Assembly: GCA_049653745.1 (NCBI GenBank) | Contig: JBASGW010000079.1 | Location: forward strand, 12,207 to 76,206 | DNA: 64,000 nt | DNA from: Rickettsiales bacterium | Lineage (GTDB): Bacteria; Pseudomonadota; Alphaproteobacteria; Rickettsiales; CANDYO01 | Reading direction: 5' to 3' | In this document: piece by piece, positions 31,454 through 40,985 of the stretch | Position numbering within the stretch: position 1 is the first letter of the stretch | Layout of the letters: each line of letters starts with the position of its first letter | Translations under genes and position numbers: made by a program | Notes under the pieces: model-generated | Databases searched by the model: none | Seen by the model: only the letters and a program-made list of their open reading frames with translations | Told to the model about the DNA's origin: nothing

Positions 31454-31924
31454 ATGGAGCGTTTTCCTATTACCCAAGCTGGTTATAAAAAATTATCAGA
31501 AGAAATAAAAAATTTGAAATCTGTAGAAAGACCAACAGTAATTCAAGCAATTGCAGAAGCTAGAGAATTAGGTGACTTATCAGAAAATGCTGAATATCAT
31601 GCAGCTAGAGAAAAACAAAGCTTTATTGAGGGCAGAATTATTGACCTTGAAGATAAAATATCTAGGTCTGAAGTTATTGACACTTCTAAATTTCAAGGAC
31701 CTAACATCAAATTTGGCGCTCAGGTGGAATTAATTGACGAAGAAACTGAAGAATCTTTTCAATATACCATTACTGGAGATTACGAAGCTGATATAACAAA
31801 AGGTTTACTATCTTTATCTTCACCCATTTCAAGAGCATTAATTGGCAAAAATGAAGGAGACTCTGTGGATGTGGTCACTCCTAAAGGAACAAGAACTTAC
31901 GAAGTTATAAAAGTTATATATTAA
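31454..31924 (+). CDS. greA: Transcription elongation factor GreA
   Basis: ARELGDLSENAEYHAAREKQSFIEGRI and C-terminal SPISRALIGK.GD. Confidence 0.95.
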   Translation: MERFPITQAGYKKLSEEIKNLKSVERPTVIQAIAEARELGDLSENAEYHAAREKQSFIEGRIIDLEDKISRSEVIDTSKFQGPNIKFGAQVELIDEETEESFQYTITGDYEADITKGLLSLSSPISRALIGKNEGDSVDVVTPKGTRTYEVIKVIY

Positions 31925-31962
31925 TATATATCTTGTTAAAAACTAACTATTGGAAAAAAATT

Positions 31963-32502
31963 ATGCTTAAATCATTACAATTATATTCATCAGCAGCTTT
32001 ATTATTTATGTTATGCGCATGCAGTGGAACTGTTGAAAGAGATCAGGCAGCATACGACCCACAAGTGGGAGAGTATCGTCATTATAATGAAATGCAAAGT
32101 TTAGTAACCAAGAGCGATGAACCTCTTCTTATTTATGGCGGCAAAAACAAAAGTTCCTCTGATTCAACAGGATCAGGACTTGCTAACAGCTACTTATGGA
32201 AAGCTGCTTTAGAAAGCATTTCTTTCATGCCTTTATTGTCTGTAGATTCAAATGGCGGGGCTATTCTTACTGATTGGTATAATTCTCCTCAAACTCCAAA
32301 TGAAAAATTTAAATTTAATATTATTATTCTAAGCTCAGAACTGCAAATAAACTCTATTAAAGTTTCAGCTTTTAGACAAGTTAAGAATATTGCAGGGATA
32401 TGGCATACCGCGGATGTTAGCAGAGATCTAGCAAAAAACATTGAAGATAATATCTTAAAAAAGGCAATATCTTTAAAAGCTAAGTCTAGCTCAAAAAAGT
32501 AA
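31963..32502 (+). CDS. DUF3576-family lipoprotein
   Basis: Lipobox LLFMLCACSG. SYLWKAALESISFMPL...ILTDWY resembles the alphaproteobacterial DUF3576 family. ATG at 31963 is preferred over TTG at 31933. Confidence 0.7.
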   Translation: MLKSLQLYSSAALLFMLCACSGTVERDQAAYDPQVGEYRHYNEMQSLVTKSDEPLLIYGGKNKSSSDSTGSGLANSYLWKAALESISFMPLLSVDSNGGAILTDWYNSPQTPNEKFKFNIIILSSELQINSIKVSAFRQVKNIAGIWHTADVSRDLAKNIEDNILKKAISLKAKSSSKK

Positions 32503-32514
32503 CTGGGAAACTTA

Positions 32515-35019
32515 ATGGCAGAATATAATCATCAAGAAATAGAACGTAAGTGGCAACATTATTGGCAAGAAAAAGATTTATTTAAAACAGATATAAATCA
32601 TCAAAAGCCTAAATATTATGTTCTTGAAATGCTTCCCTATCCTTCAGGCAAGCTTCATATGGGCCATGTAAGAAATTATGCTTTAGGTGATGCTTTTGCT
32701 AGATTTAAAAAAGCTCAAGGATTTAATGTTCTTCATCCAATGGGATGGGATTCTTTTGGACTGCCTGCAGAAAATGCAGCAATTGAGAATAACACTCATC
32801 CTCTAATTTGGACTGATAGTAATATAAACGCTATGCGCCAAGAAATTAAATCTATTGGCTTATCTTATGATTGGAATAGAGAATTATCAACTCACTCTCC
32901 TGAATATTATAAACATGAGCAAGAAATTTTTCTTGATTTCTTAAACCATGGCATAGCTTATCAAAAAGAATCTTTTGTTAATTGGGACCCCGTAGACAAC
33001 ACAGTGCTAGCTAATGAACAAGTTGTTAATGGAAGAGGCTGGCGCTCTGGCGCATTAATTGAAACGAAAAAACTAAGACAATGGTTTTTAAGAATTAGTG
33101 ATTTTGCTAATGATTTATTACCAAGCAATAGCCCCTTAGATAATTGGCCAGAATCGGTAAAATCAATCCAAGAAAAATGGATTGGTAAGTCTAGCGGAGC
33201 TATTATTAATTTTGCTATTGAAGATACAGAGCAATCTCTTGAAGTATTCACAACCAGAGCCGATACTATATTTGGAGCAAGTTTTATTGTAATTTCTCCT
33301 CATCATTCATTGTCTGAACAGCTCTCTAGCAATAATCCATCTCTTCATAATTTTATTAATGAATGCAATCGCCTTGGAACGTCAGCAGAAATAATTGAAA
33401 AAGCTGAAAAAACTGGGTTTAATACCTCGCTTAAGGCTATTCATCCATTTACTAAAGAATTATTGCCTATTTATGTTGCCAATTATGTTCTAATGGATTA
33501 TGGCACTGGAGCAGTTTTTGGATGCCCAGCTCATGATGAGAGAGATCATGACTTTGCTAAAAAATATGACTTACCTATTTTACCAGTAGTTAAAAGTAAT
33601 GAAGCCTGGGATTATAATTCTAAGCCTTATACTAAAGATGGTATAATTTTTAATTCACAATTCTTAGATGGATTAACTATTGGAGAAGCAAAAAAATTAT
33701 CAATAGATAAATTTATTGAGTTAAATTCTGGCAAAAGAACCACCAGCTTCCGTTTAAGAGACTGGGGGATTTCAAGACAAAGATACTGGGGATGCCCAAT
33801 ACCTATAATTTACTGTGAAGATTGTGGCACTGTACCAGTTCCAAAATCAGATCTTCCTGTAAAGCTTCCAGATGATGTTAAATTTTTAGGAGCTGGCAAT
33901 CCACTTGCTCAACACCCAACCTGGAAACAGGTTAAATGTCCTTGCTGTGGAACTAACGCTACTAGAGAAACCGACACCTTTGATACCTTTTTTGAATCTT
34001 CATGGTATTTCTTGCGTTATTGCTCACCCAATAGCACATCAAATTTTGCTATTGGGGAAGATATAGAATATTGGTTGCCTGTAGATAAATATATTGGAGG
34101 CATTGAACATGCTGCGATGCATCTTCTTTATTCAAGATTTTTTATTAAGGCAATGAAAAAATGTGGCATGCTAAACATTGATGAACCATTTTCATCTTTA
34201 TTAACTCAAGGAATGGTTCTTCATGCAACCTATAAAGACTCTAAAGGTAAATGGCTATATCCTGACGAAGTAACTAATCAAGAAGACGTTGTTATTGGCC
34301 GCAGCGAAAAAATGAGTAAATCTAAGAAAAATACCGTTAGCCCTATAGATATTATTAAAAAATATGGCGCAGATACTGCAAGATTATTTATGTTATCTGA
34401 TAGCCCTCCTGAAAAAGACTTAGAATGGACCGATAATGGCGTAGAGGGAGCTAACAAATACTTAAAGAAATTATGGAGATTTGCTGAAGAATATCAAAAT
34501 TTAGATAAAAATTTCAAAGCTGAACTTTCCTCAGAACAAATTGCTATTAGATCAAAAATTCATAAATTATTAGCTCATGTTAGTGAAAATTACCAATCAC
34601 TATCATTTAATGTTGTAATCGCAGGAATTAGAGAACTTTCAAATATTTCTTTTTCTATACCTAGAACCAATGAAAATCATTTAATTATTGGTGAATGCCT
34701 AGAAATTATAATAAAGCTATTATTTCCTATCGCCCCTCATATTAGTGAAGAATTATGGCATAACATAGGCAATAAAAGCTCATTAGATTTTATGACTTGG
34801 CCAGAAGCAGATTCTGCATTATTAGTTAGTGATATAGTTACTATCGCAGTTCAAGTTTCAGGAAAACTTAGAGCTACACTTGAAGTGAAAAAAGATCTAA
34901 CCAAAGAAGAGATTCTTGAATTAGCAATAAAATCACCTAATGTGGCTAAATTTCTCACTACTGAAGAATTTAAAAAAGTTATTCTTGTGCCTAACAAAAT
35001 TTTAAACATTGTAATATGA
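32515..35019 (+). CDS. leuS: Leucyl-tRNA synthetase
   Basis: HMGH ([15 protein letters not shown]) and KMSKS motifs. 834 aa. Confidence 0.97.
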   Translation: MAEYNHQEIERKWQHYWQEKDLFKTDINHQKPKYYVLEMLPYPSGKLHMGHVRNYALGDAFARFKKAQGFNVLHPMGWDSFGLPAENAAIENNTHPLIWTDSNINAMRQEIKSIGLSYDWNRELSTHSPEYYKHEQEIFLDFLNHGIAYQKESFVNWDPVDNTVLANEQVVNGRGWRSGALIETKKLRQWFLRISDFANDLLPSNSPLDNWPESVKSIQEKWIGKSSGAIINFAIEDTEQSLEVFTTRADTIFGASFIVISPHHSLSEQLSSNNPSLHNFINECNRLGTSAEIIEKAEKTGFNTSLKAIHPFTKELLPIYVANYVLMDYGTGAVFGCPAHDERDHDFAKKYDLPILPVVKSNEAWDYNSKPYTKDGIIFNSQFLDGLTIGEAKKLSIDKFIELNSGKRTTSFRLRDWGISRQRYWGCPIPIIYCEDCGTVPVPKSDLPVKLPDDVKFLGAGNPLAQHPTWKQVKCPCCGTNATRETDTFDTFFESSWYFLRYCSPNSTSNFAIGEDIEYWLPVDKYIGGIEHAAMHLLYSRFFIKAMKKCGMLNIDEPFSSLLTQGMVLHATYKDSKGKWLYPDEVTNQEDVVIGRSEKMSKSKKNTVSPIDIIKKYGADTARLFMLSDSPPEKDLEWTDNGVEGANKYLKKLWRFAEEYQNLDKNFKAELSSEQIAIRSKIHKLLAHVSENYQSLSFNVVIAGIRELSNISFSIPRTNENHLIIGECLEIIIKLLFPIAPHISEELWHNIGNKSSLDFMTWPEADSALLVSDIVTIAVQVSGKLRATLEVKKDLTKEEILELAIKSPNVAKFLTTEEFKKVILVPNKILNIVI

Positions 35020-35498
35020 AAAAATCATTTCTTATTATTTGTATATTTATACTAAGCTCCTGCGGCTTTAAACCAATGTTGGCAAAAGATCCTAATGGTA
35101 ATATGATATTAGATGAAGTTCAGCTTTATCACGTAGAAGGTGAAGAACAGCCAAGATTAAATCGTATTATTTCAGAACAAATGGGCATTGCCTCCACACC
35201 AATATATCATTTAAATATTAAAGTTAATGAAGAAATATCAGCGATTGGTATTACCAAAGATAGTCGCTCCACCCGTTATAAAGTTAAAGTTTACTTTAAT
35301 TACACTTTAGTTGAAATAGATACTCAAAAAACTATAGATAGTGGAAATATTTTTCTATATAGCTCTTATGATGTGGCGCAATCTGAATATGCCAATTATA
35401 TTGCAGAACGCTACACCTCAGATAATATTTTAAAAGAATTATGTGATGAATTAAAAAGTCGCTTAATTTTAGTTATCTCATCAAGGAGTGTTAATTGA
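35016..35498 (+). CDS. lptE: LPS-assembly lipoprotein LptE
   Basis: Lipobox ILSSCGF. Sits in the conserved leuS-lptE-holA position with ATGA overlap to leuS. Confidence 0.7.
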   Translation: MKKSFLIICIFILSSCGFKPMLAKDPNGNMILDEVQLYHVEGEEQPRLNRIISEQMGIASTPIYHLNIKVNEEISAIGITKDSRSTRYKVKVYFNYTLVEIDTQKTIDSGNIFLYSSYDVAQSEYANYIAERYTSDNILKELCDELKSRLILVISSRSVN

Positions 35499-36499
35499 AG
35501 ATTGCTGTAAAAGATACTGACAATTTTATTGCTAACATCCCCTCAGCTATCAAATCTATTTTATTATATGGACCAGACTCAGGGCTAACTAGCATCAGGG
35601 CAAATTCTATTGCCAAATCTCACGATATTATTGCTAAATATAACTTTGAACAAATTAAAAATAATCCTTTTATACTGCTAGATAAATTTAATTCTATTGG
35701 ATTATTTAATAATAACTCAGCTAAAAAGAAAGTTATTATTATTGAATGCAGTAGCACCAGCATTAATGAATCTTATTCTAATTTCTTAGAATCAACTGAT
35801 TTTAATGGATTAATAATATTTTGTGCCAAAGATTTGGGAGTTGATTCGTCATTAAGAAGATATTTTGAGAAAAATACTAGCCTGGCTGCTATTCCAAGTT
35901 ATCATGACGATGCAAGTAGCATTAGCAAAATAATACAACAAAGCTTTAGAGACCATAAAATCACTTATAATTCTGAAGTTATACCTGTATTAATGAATTA
36001 TATTACTACTGGTGATAGATTATTGATTATCAATGAAATTGAAAAAATCTGCTTATATTTTTATCAAAATAAACAAATTTCTATTAATGACCTCCATCAA
36101 TATTTAGAGCAACAAAGCGAAGTAACTTTTGATAAATTATGCTATAAAATTTCTCTAAAACAAAAAAATGATATTGAACCATATCTACTAAAATTACAAA
36201 ATGAAGGACATAATGCTGTCGCCTTAATTAGAATGATTAGCAGACATTTCTTTAGAATATATCAAGCAAAGCATCTCATTATCCAACAAAATAAAACCGA
36301 GCAACAGGCCATGGAAAGCTTATCTCCACCTGTATTTTTTAAACAAGTCAATGATTTTAGTCGCAGTCTTAATTTATGGAATATTCAAGATCTACAAAGC
36401 TTTTTAGAAAAACTTACTTATGTTGAACTTGAGGTAAAGAAAAACTCAACAACAGCTAGCCTAACTTTACAAAATGCTCTTTTAGATATTAGCGTGTAG
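35495..36499 (+). CDS. holA: DNA polymerase III subunit delta
   Basis: Size, position after lptE and ILLYGPDSGL N-terminus. TTG start. Confidence 0.78.
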   Translation: MKIAVKDTDNFIANIPSAIKSILLYGPDSGLTSIRANSIAKSHDIIAKYNFEQIKNNPFILLDKFNSIGLFNNNSAKKKVIIIECSSTSINESYSNFLESTDFNGLIIFCAKDLGVDSSLRRYFEKNTSLAAIPSYHDDASSISKIIQQSFRDHKITYNSEVIPVLMNYITTGDRLLIINEIEKICLYFYQNKQISINDLHQYLEQQSEVTFDKLCYKISLKQKNDIEPYLLKLQNEGHNAVALIRMISRHFFRIYQAKHLIIQQNKTEQQAMESLSPPVFFKQVNDFSRSLNLWNIQDLQSFLEKLTYVELEVKKNSTTASLTLQNALLDISV

Positions 36500-37282
36500 T
36501 CTTGTTTTAACCAATCGAATCAAATTAGTTAAAATAAAACAAAATAATGAAGCTAAAATTATAGCAGGACCCGTAGGTGAATTAAAAATTATTGCCACCC
36601 CTATTCCTCCAATTACTGAAGCACATCCAATTAAAATTGCATTAACAACCATTTGTAATGGAGTATGGCTAATGCTCAAAGATGCTGCAGCTGGTATTAT
36701 AAGCATTGCTGTAATTAGAAGAACTCCAACAATTTTAAAAGAAATAGCAATAAATAATGCTAACACAAGCGCAAAACTTAACTTTAACAAACTAACATTA
36801 ACACCCTCAGCCTGCAGCATTTCTTCGCTAATACTATATAAAATAAGTTTAGACCAATTATACCATAACCACACTAAAACAATACCCAAACATAAGATAA
36901 GATAATATATATCCTCAATATTAATAACCAAAATATCACCAAATAGATAACTCATAAAATCTAATTTTATTTTATTATAAGATGCTAGAACTATTGAACC
37001 AGCAAGGGCTGAATATGATAATATTCCTAAAGTGGTATCATGTGAGTAACGAAATTTATTATGGTTAAAAACTATAGCAAACATTATTGCAACTAAAACC
37101 ACTGCTATTGATAAATTAATATTGAATAATACTCCAAGAGTAACTCCCAAAAGAGCACTATGCGATAAAGCATCTCCAAAATAGGCCATGTTTTTCCACA
37201 AAACAAAAGAACCTAAAATTCCAGAAATAATAGCTAATGCTATACCCCCAATAATTGCATTTATTAAAAATGAAGTAATCAT
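36482..37282 (-). CDS. znuB: Zinc/metal ABC transporter permease
   Basis: Polytopic ABC-3 family pattern GILGSFVLWKNMAYFGDALSHSALLGV. Confidence 0.85.
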   Translation of the reverse strand: MITSFLINAIIGGIALAIISGILGSFVLWKNMAYFGDALSHSALLGVTLGVLFNINLSIAVVLVAIMFAIVFNHNKFRYSHDTTLGILSYSALAGSIVLASYNKIKLDFMSYLFGDILVINIEDIYYLILCLGIVLVWLWYNWSKLILYSISEEMLQAEGVNVSLLKLSFALVLALFIAISFKIVGVLLITAMLIIPAAASLSISHTPLQMVVNAILIGCASVIGGIGVAIIFNSPTGPAIILASLFCFILTNLIRLVKTRLHANI

Positions 37283-37564
37283 CTATTTAAAATTATCCGA
37301 ATATGAACGTTTTATTATTTTCTTGCTTTCTGGCTCAATCAACTCAAATGCATAATTATTAGCATTAGCAAATTCTATAGCAGCTTCTTTAGTCTCAAAT
37401 TTTAATTTAACTTCTTCTAAGGTATCGTTAGAAGAAACCCATCCCATTAGAGAATCATTCTTCTTTGCTTCTTTATTATAAATAAATTCAAGAAGCCATT
37501 TTTTAGTATTTGCAACACCAGATTGCATCGCAGTTTTTGTTGGTTTATAAATACGCACTTGCAT
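37283..37564 (-). CDS. ETC complex I subunit conserved-region protein (NDUFS4-like)
   Basis: RIYKPTKTAMQSG...KKWLLEF...MGWVSSNDT...L.F.TKEAAIEFA. This is the typical small alphaproteobacterial NDUFS4 homologue. Confidence 0.8.
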   Translation of the reverse strand: MQVRIYKPTKTAMQSGVANTKKWLLEFIYNKEAKKNDSLMGWVSSNDTLEEVKLKFETKEAAIEFANANNYAFELIEPESKKIIKRSYSDNFK

Positions 37565-37632
37565 TTAATATATCCTATCATTATATTAAAGATATATACA
37601 ATATAACATATTTATTATGCAATAGAATTAAT

Positions 37633-37878
37633 ATGACAAACTATAATGATAAAATTAATCAAATGACTTTTGAACAAGCTCTTGCTGAACTTGAAAAAAT
37701 AGTTAGTAAACTTGAAGGTGGAAAAGAAAGCCTTGAAAATGCCATCAATGATTATGAATATGGCAATGCCTTAAGAGAATATTGCGAAAAAAGATTAAAT
37801 GAAGCCAAACTTAAAATTGATAGAATTATTAAAAAAGAAGATGGCTCAATAACTATAGAAAATGATGATAGCTTTTAA
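37633..37878 (+). CDS. xseB: Exodeoxyribonuclease VII small subunit
   Basis: FEQALAELEKIVSKLEGG..SLE. ATG at 37633. The longer track ORF from 37510 overlaps the divergent gene and looks spurious. Confidence 0.88.
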   Translation: MTNYNDKINQMTFEQALAELEKIVSKLEGGKESLENAINDYEYGNALREYCEKRLNEAKLKIDRIIKKEDGSITIENDDSF

Positions 37879-38001
37879 TTTTTAAGGATATCACTTCTAT
37901 TTAATAGACTCTCCATAAATATTATTATCTCCCCCTTGCAAAATTAGGTAAGAGATCTTATAATATATCTAAGAAATAATCTAATAACATAGAGGTAAAC
38001 T

Positions 38002-38742
38002 ATGAATTTTACAAAATATAACACATCAGCTGAAATCTCGGCAAAATATGACGAGGGCTTACGTGCCTATATGATTCAAATTTTTAACCTTATGGCTTTA
38101 GCTTTAGCTGTAACTGGGGTTTTTGCTCTTTTTGCAGGAAATTCTGAATCTTTCATTAGTATGATGTATTCAAAAACTGAAAATGGCGGCATGGGAATTT
38201 CTCCACTAGGTTGGATAATTCAGCTATCTCCACTTTTTATTGTATTATTTTTTTCCTATAAAATAAATTCAATTTCAGCTCAATCTGCACAAGCTATATT
38301 CTTTGTTTACTCAATTATGATGGGCTTGTCTTTAGCTCCGATTTTCTTGATGTACACAGGAGAAAGTATTGCAAGAGCGTTCTTTATAACCGCTTCAACA
38401 TTCGGCGCAATGAGCATTTATGGATATTCAACAAAAAAAGATCTAACCGCTTTTGGCTCTTTCTTAATGATGGGCGTTATTGGAATAGTAATTGCTTCGT
38501 TAGTGAATTTATTCATGGCAAGCTCAGCACTTAACTTTGCTATTTCAGTGGTTGGTGTTCTTTTATTCACTGGTTTAACTGCTTATGACGTTCAAAAACT
38601 TAAGAATGCTTACCTATCTTCTGCAGGATTAAATGGAGAGATTAGTAGAAAAATGGCAATAAGTGGCGCTCTAACTTTATACCTTGATTTTATTAACTTG
38701 TTTATCATGCTTCTTCGCCTATTTGGATCTAGAAGAGACTAG
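38002..38742 (+). CDS. BAX inhibitor-1/YccA-family membrane protein
   Basis: Seven TM segments, LRAYMIQIFNLMALAL, and C-terminal YLDFINLFIMLLRLFG. Confidence 0.88.
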   Translation: MNFTKYNTSAEISAKYDEGLRAYMIQIFNLMALALAVTGVFALFAGNSESFISMMYSKTENGGMGISPLGWIIQLSPLFIVLFFSYKINSISAQSAQAIFFVYSIMMGLSLAPIFLMYTGESIARAFFITASTFGAMSIYGYSTKKDLTAFGSFLMMGVIGIVIASLVNLFMASSALNFAISVVGVLLFTGLTAYDVQKLKNAYLSSAGLNGEISRKMAISGALTLYLDFINLFIMLLRLFGSRRD

Positions 38743-39468
38743 CATCTAAATAACTAAACATATCCTTCAGCGCCGTGGTCTAAATTAGCTAAATTTAAGA
38801 TAAATGCACGGCTGCTGATGCTCCTATGCTGGTATTGATGTGTTTTGATCTGAGATCCAAATCAGTGATAAGTGCTTTGACAGTCTTTTATAAAAATTCT
38901 AAATGAGAAGTTAAAAATATTATGAAGTTTAGGTTTTGTATTGAATAGCAAAGCGAAAGTATCAGAATTTTTAAAGATAATTATTAAACTATTGAGCAGC
39001 AATTAAGCTGTGAAACGCTATTGCATATTACATGATAAAAAATAGACTTGCATAGATTTTTATGATGATCTAAAAAATTAAAAGCAAAACCTTGGTATTA
39101 TCTCAAATCTATTTTAGCCCTACCAGATGCCATTCATAAAAAAAGAGTTGCACAAAATATTATGGAATCTGATGATATGATGTAGTTTATAGGTTTACTT
39201 AATCAAAAAGAGAAGATCGCTTTATTGAAAATAATTATCTCATCTTAATTTAACTTAGAAGCAATAAGAGCTAAATCCATTCAACCAATTTTTAAAACTA
39301 GGATCCTAAGGAGCTTAAAAAATGGAGCAACTAGTCCATAGTGGTGAACGGATATAACATAATTTAAGGAGAATGATGAAATGATTTAATTTTCGTTGAT
39401 GAATGTTGTGATTTCGAATAGAATATATTTTGAAGTTTATCACAATAATCAATAAAAAAAGGTATATT

Positions 39469-40737
39469 ATGGTTAGAGGCATGACTACGTTAGATGGTAC
39501 TTTTGTTCAAGGAGATTCAGGAGTAAAGCATCATAAAATGACTGCTTCAAGAGGCGAATATCCGATTAAATATTTAATTTTAAGCCATACTGCTGGTTCT
39601 GGAGATGTTGCTGCAGCAGAAAAAACGATGTTTAATAATGGGGCTAGTTTTCATTGGTTAATTGGAAAAGATGGCGTTGCTACTCAAGTTTATCAAGACA
39701 ATCACCTGGCTTATGCAGCTGGTGTGAGTTATTTTGCAGAAGATTCTGGTTTAAATAAATATTCTGTATCTATTATGCTTGGTAATATAGGTTGGTCTGA
39801 ACGTAAAGATTTATACTCAGACAAACAAATTAAAGCATTACAATCAGTAATAAACCATTATGAACGTGCATATACAGGTATTAAAATACTAGAATTGGGA
39901 GAAGCAGCTCCTCAAAAGCATATGGCATTAGGTAATTTTTTCCCTAGAGAAGCTATTAAAACTTTAGCAGAAATATCAGAAAATATAAATTTTGATTGCA
40001 AAATAAATTTCAACGACTCTGATGAGCAAGTAACTATAATACAAGAAAAACTAAAGCAATATGGCTATGCAATTGAGGTTACTAATAAATTTGATAATCA
40101 AACAATCAATGTTTTTCATGCTTTCCATAGAGCAAATGTTGCTTATACAAAATTTGATTTAGTAGAAAATGATTCAGGGATAAAATTTTATGTGCCTCAG
40201 GATTTAGATGCATTAGGAAAAGCTGATGTTATAATTCCTGACACTAATAAAAAGCTGCATGACGTAACACCGGCTACACCGCATTGCTGGAGCGATGCAG
40301 ATGGTTATGTTTTAGATCAATTATTATCTGATTCTGCTCAATCCCAGTTAAATCTTGCTTTAGAAGGAGATGTTTTAAATTATCGTCAGCTTTCTTTTCT
40401 AAGAGAAGAAAATCCAATTAAATATTTATCAATAAAATTTAATCAAAATCCAAATATAGATGAAGTTCATCAAAAACTTTTTGAAGATGGTAAAAATGCG
40501 CATATCTTCATAAGTGATAAAGGAAGAATTACAATATCAAATTTAGATAGCGATATTACATGTAATAATTATGATCAAAATTATTGCAATAGTGATAAAA
40601 ATAAACAGTCTATAAATGTTGAGGTAGCATATATAGAGAATAATGAAATTCAAACTTCTGTTCTTGGTCAATTAATGGCTGATTATAATAACGCATATCC
40701 TGGTATTGAAATTATTCAGCGTGATCTAGCTGATTAG
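39469..40737 (+). CDS. Amidase_2 (AmpD/PGRP-type N-acetylmuramoyl-L-alanine amidase)-like protein with PG-binding-like middle domain and a second degenerate repeat
   Basis: IKYLILSHTAG...FHWLIGKDGVATQVY..LAYAAGVSYF...LNKYSVSIMLGN follows the amidase_2 pattern. The middle QEKLKQYGYAIEVTNKFDNQTINVFHAFHRAN resembles PG_binding_1. The C-terminal IKYLSIKF...AHIFISDKGRITISN...SINVEVAY repeats the fold weakly. ATG at 39469 is preferred over TTG at 39430. Confidence 0.72.
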   Translation: MVRGMTTLDGTFVQGDSGVKHHKMTASRGEYPIKYLILSHTAGSGDVAAAEKTMFNNGASFHWLIGKDGVATQVYQDNHLAYAAGVSYFAEDSGLNKYSVSIMLGNIGWSERKDLYSDKQIKALQSVINHYERAYTGIKILELGEAAPQKHMALGNFFPREAIKTLAEISENINFDCKINFNDSDEQVTIIQEKLKQYGYAIEVTNKFDNQTINVFHAFHRANVAYTKFDLVENDSGIKFYVPQDLDALGKADVIIPDTNKKLHDVTPATPHCWSDADGYVLDQLLSDSAQSQLNLALEGDVLNYRQLSFLREENPIKYLSIKFNQNPNIDEVHQKLFEDGKNAHIFISDKGRITISNLDSDITCNNYDQNYCNSDKNKQSINVEVAYIENNEIQTSVLGQLMADYNNAYPGIEIIQRDLAD

Positions 40738-40739
40738 CA

Positions 40740-40780
40740 TCATTCCCGATAAATTTGCTAAAGCAAATTTTCAGGAATGA
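40740..40780. repeat. Imperfect palindrome directly after the amidase-like gene
   Basis: TCATTCCCGATAAATTTGC-TAAA-GCAAATTTTCAGGAATGA read directly. It shares the AAATTTT(G)CAGGAAT core with the palindrome at 49542-49579. Confidence 0.6.
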
Positions 40781-40828
40781 CACTTTATTTTGCCACGACG
40801 ATGAACGGATGTAACTAAACTAATAAAA

Positions 40829-40864
40829 AGGCTACTTGATTTATATATAAGTAGCCTTTTTTTA
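40829..40864. terminator. Bidirectional rho-independent terminator between the amidase-like gene and glmM
   Basis: AAAAAGGCTACTT-loop-AAGTAGCCTTTTTTT. 9-bp stem flanked by an A-run and a T-run. Confidence 0.7.
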
Positions 40865-40985
40865 TTTAGCAATATAGATAAACATCTATCTAACCTGCAC
40901 AGATGCTAAAAACGCCTTCAGGAAGTAGCATTTGAAATGCTTTATATATAATTAGTATATGAGTAATGAAGTAAAGCAGCAATAT

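Noticed and set aside
37510-37632. N-terminal extension of xseB in the ORF track (start at 37510).
   Set aside because: The extension overlaps the start of the divergent NDUFS4-like gene and has an implausible sequence. The conserved XseB sequence begins just after the ATG at 37633.
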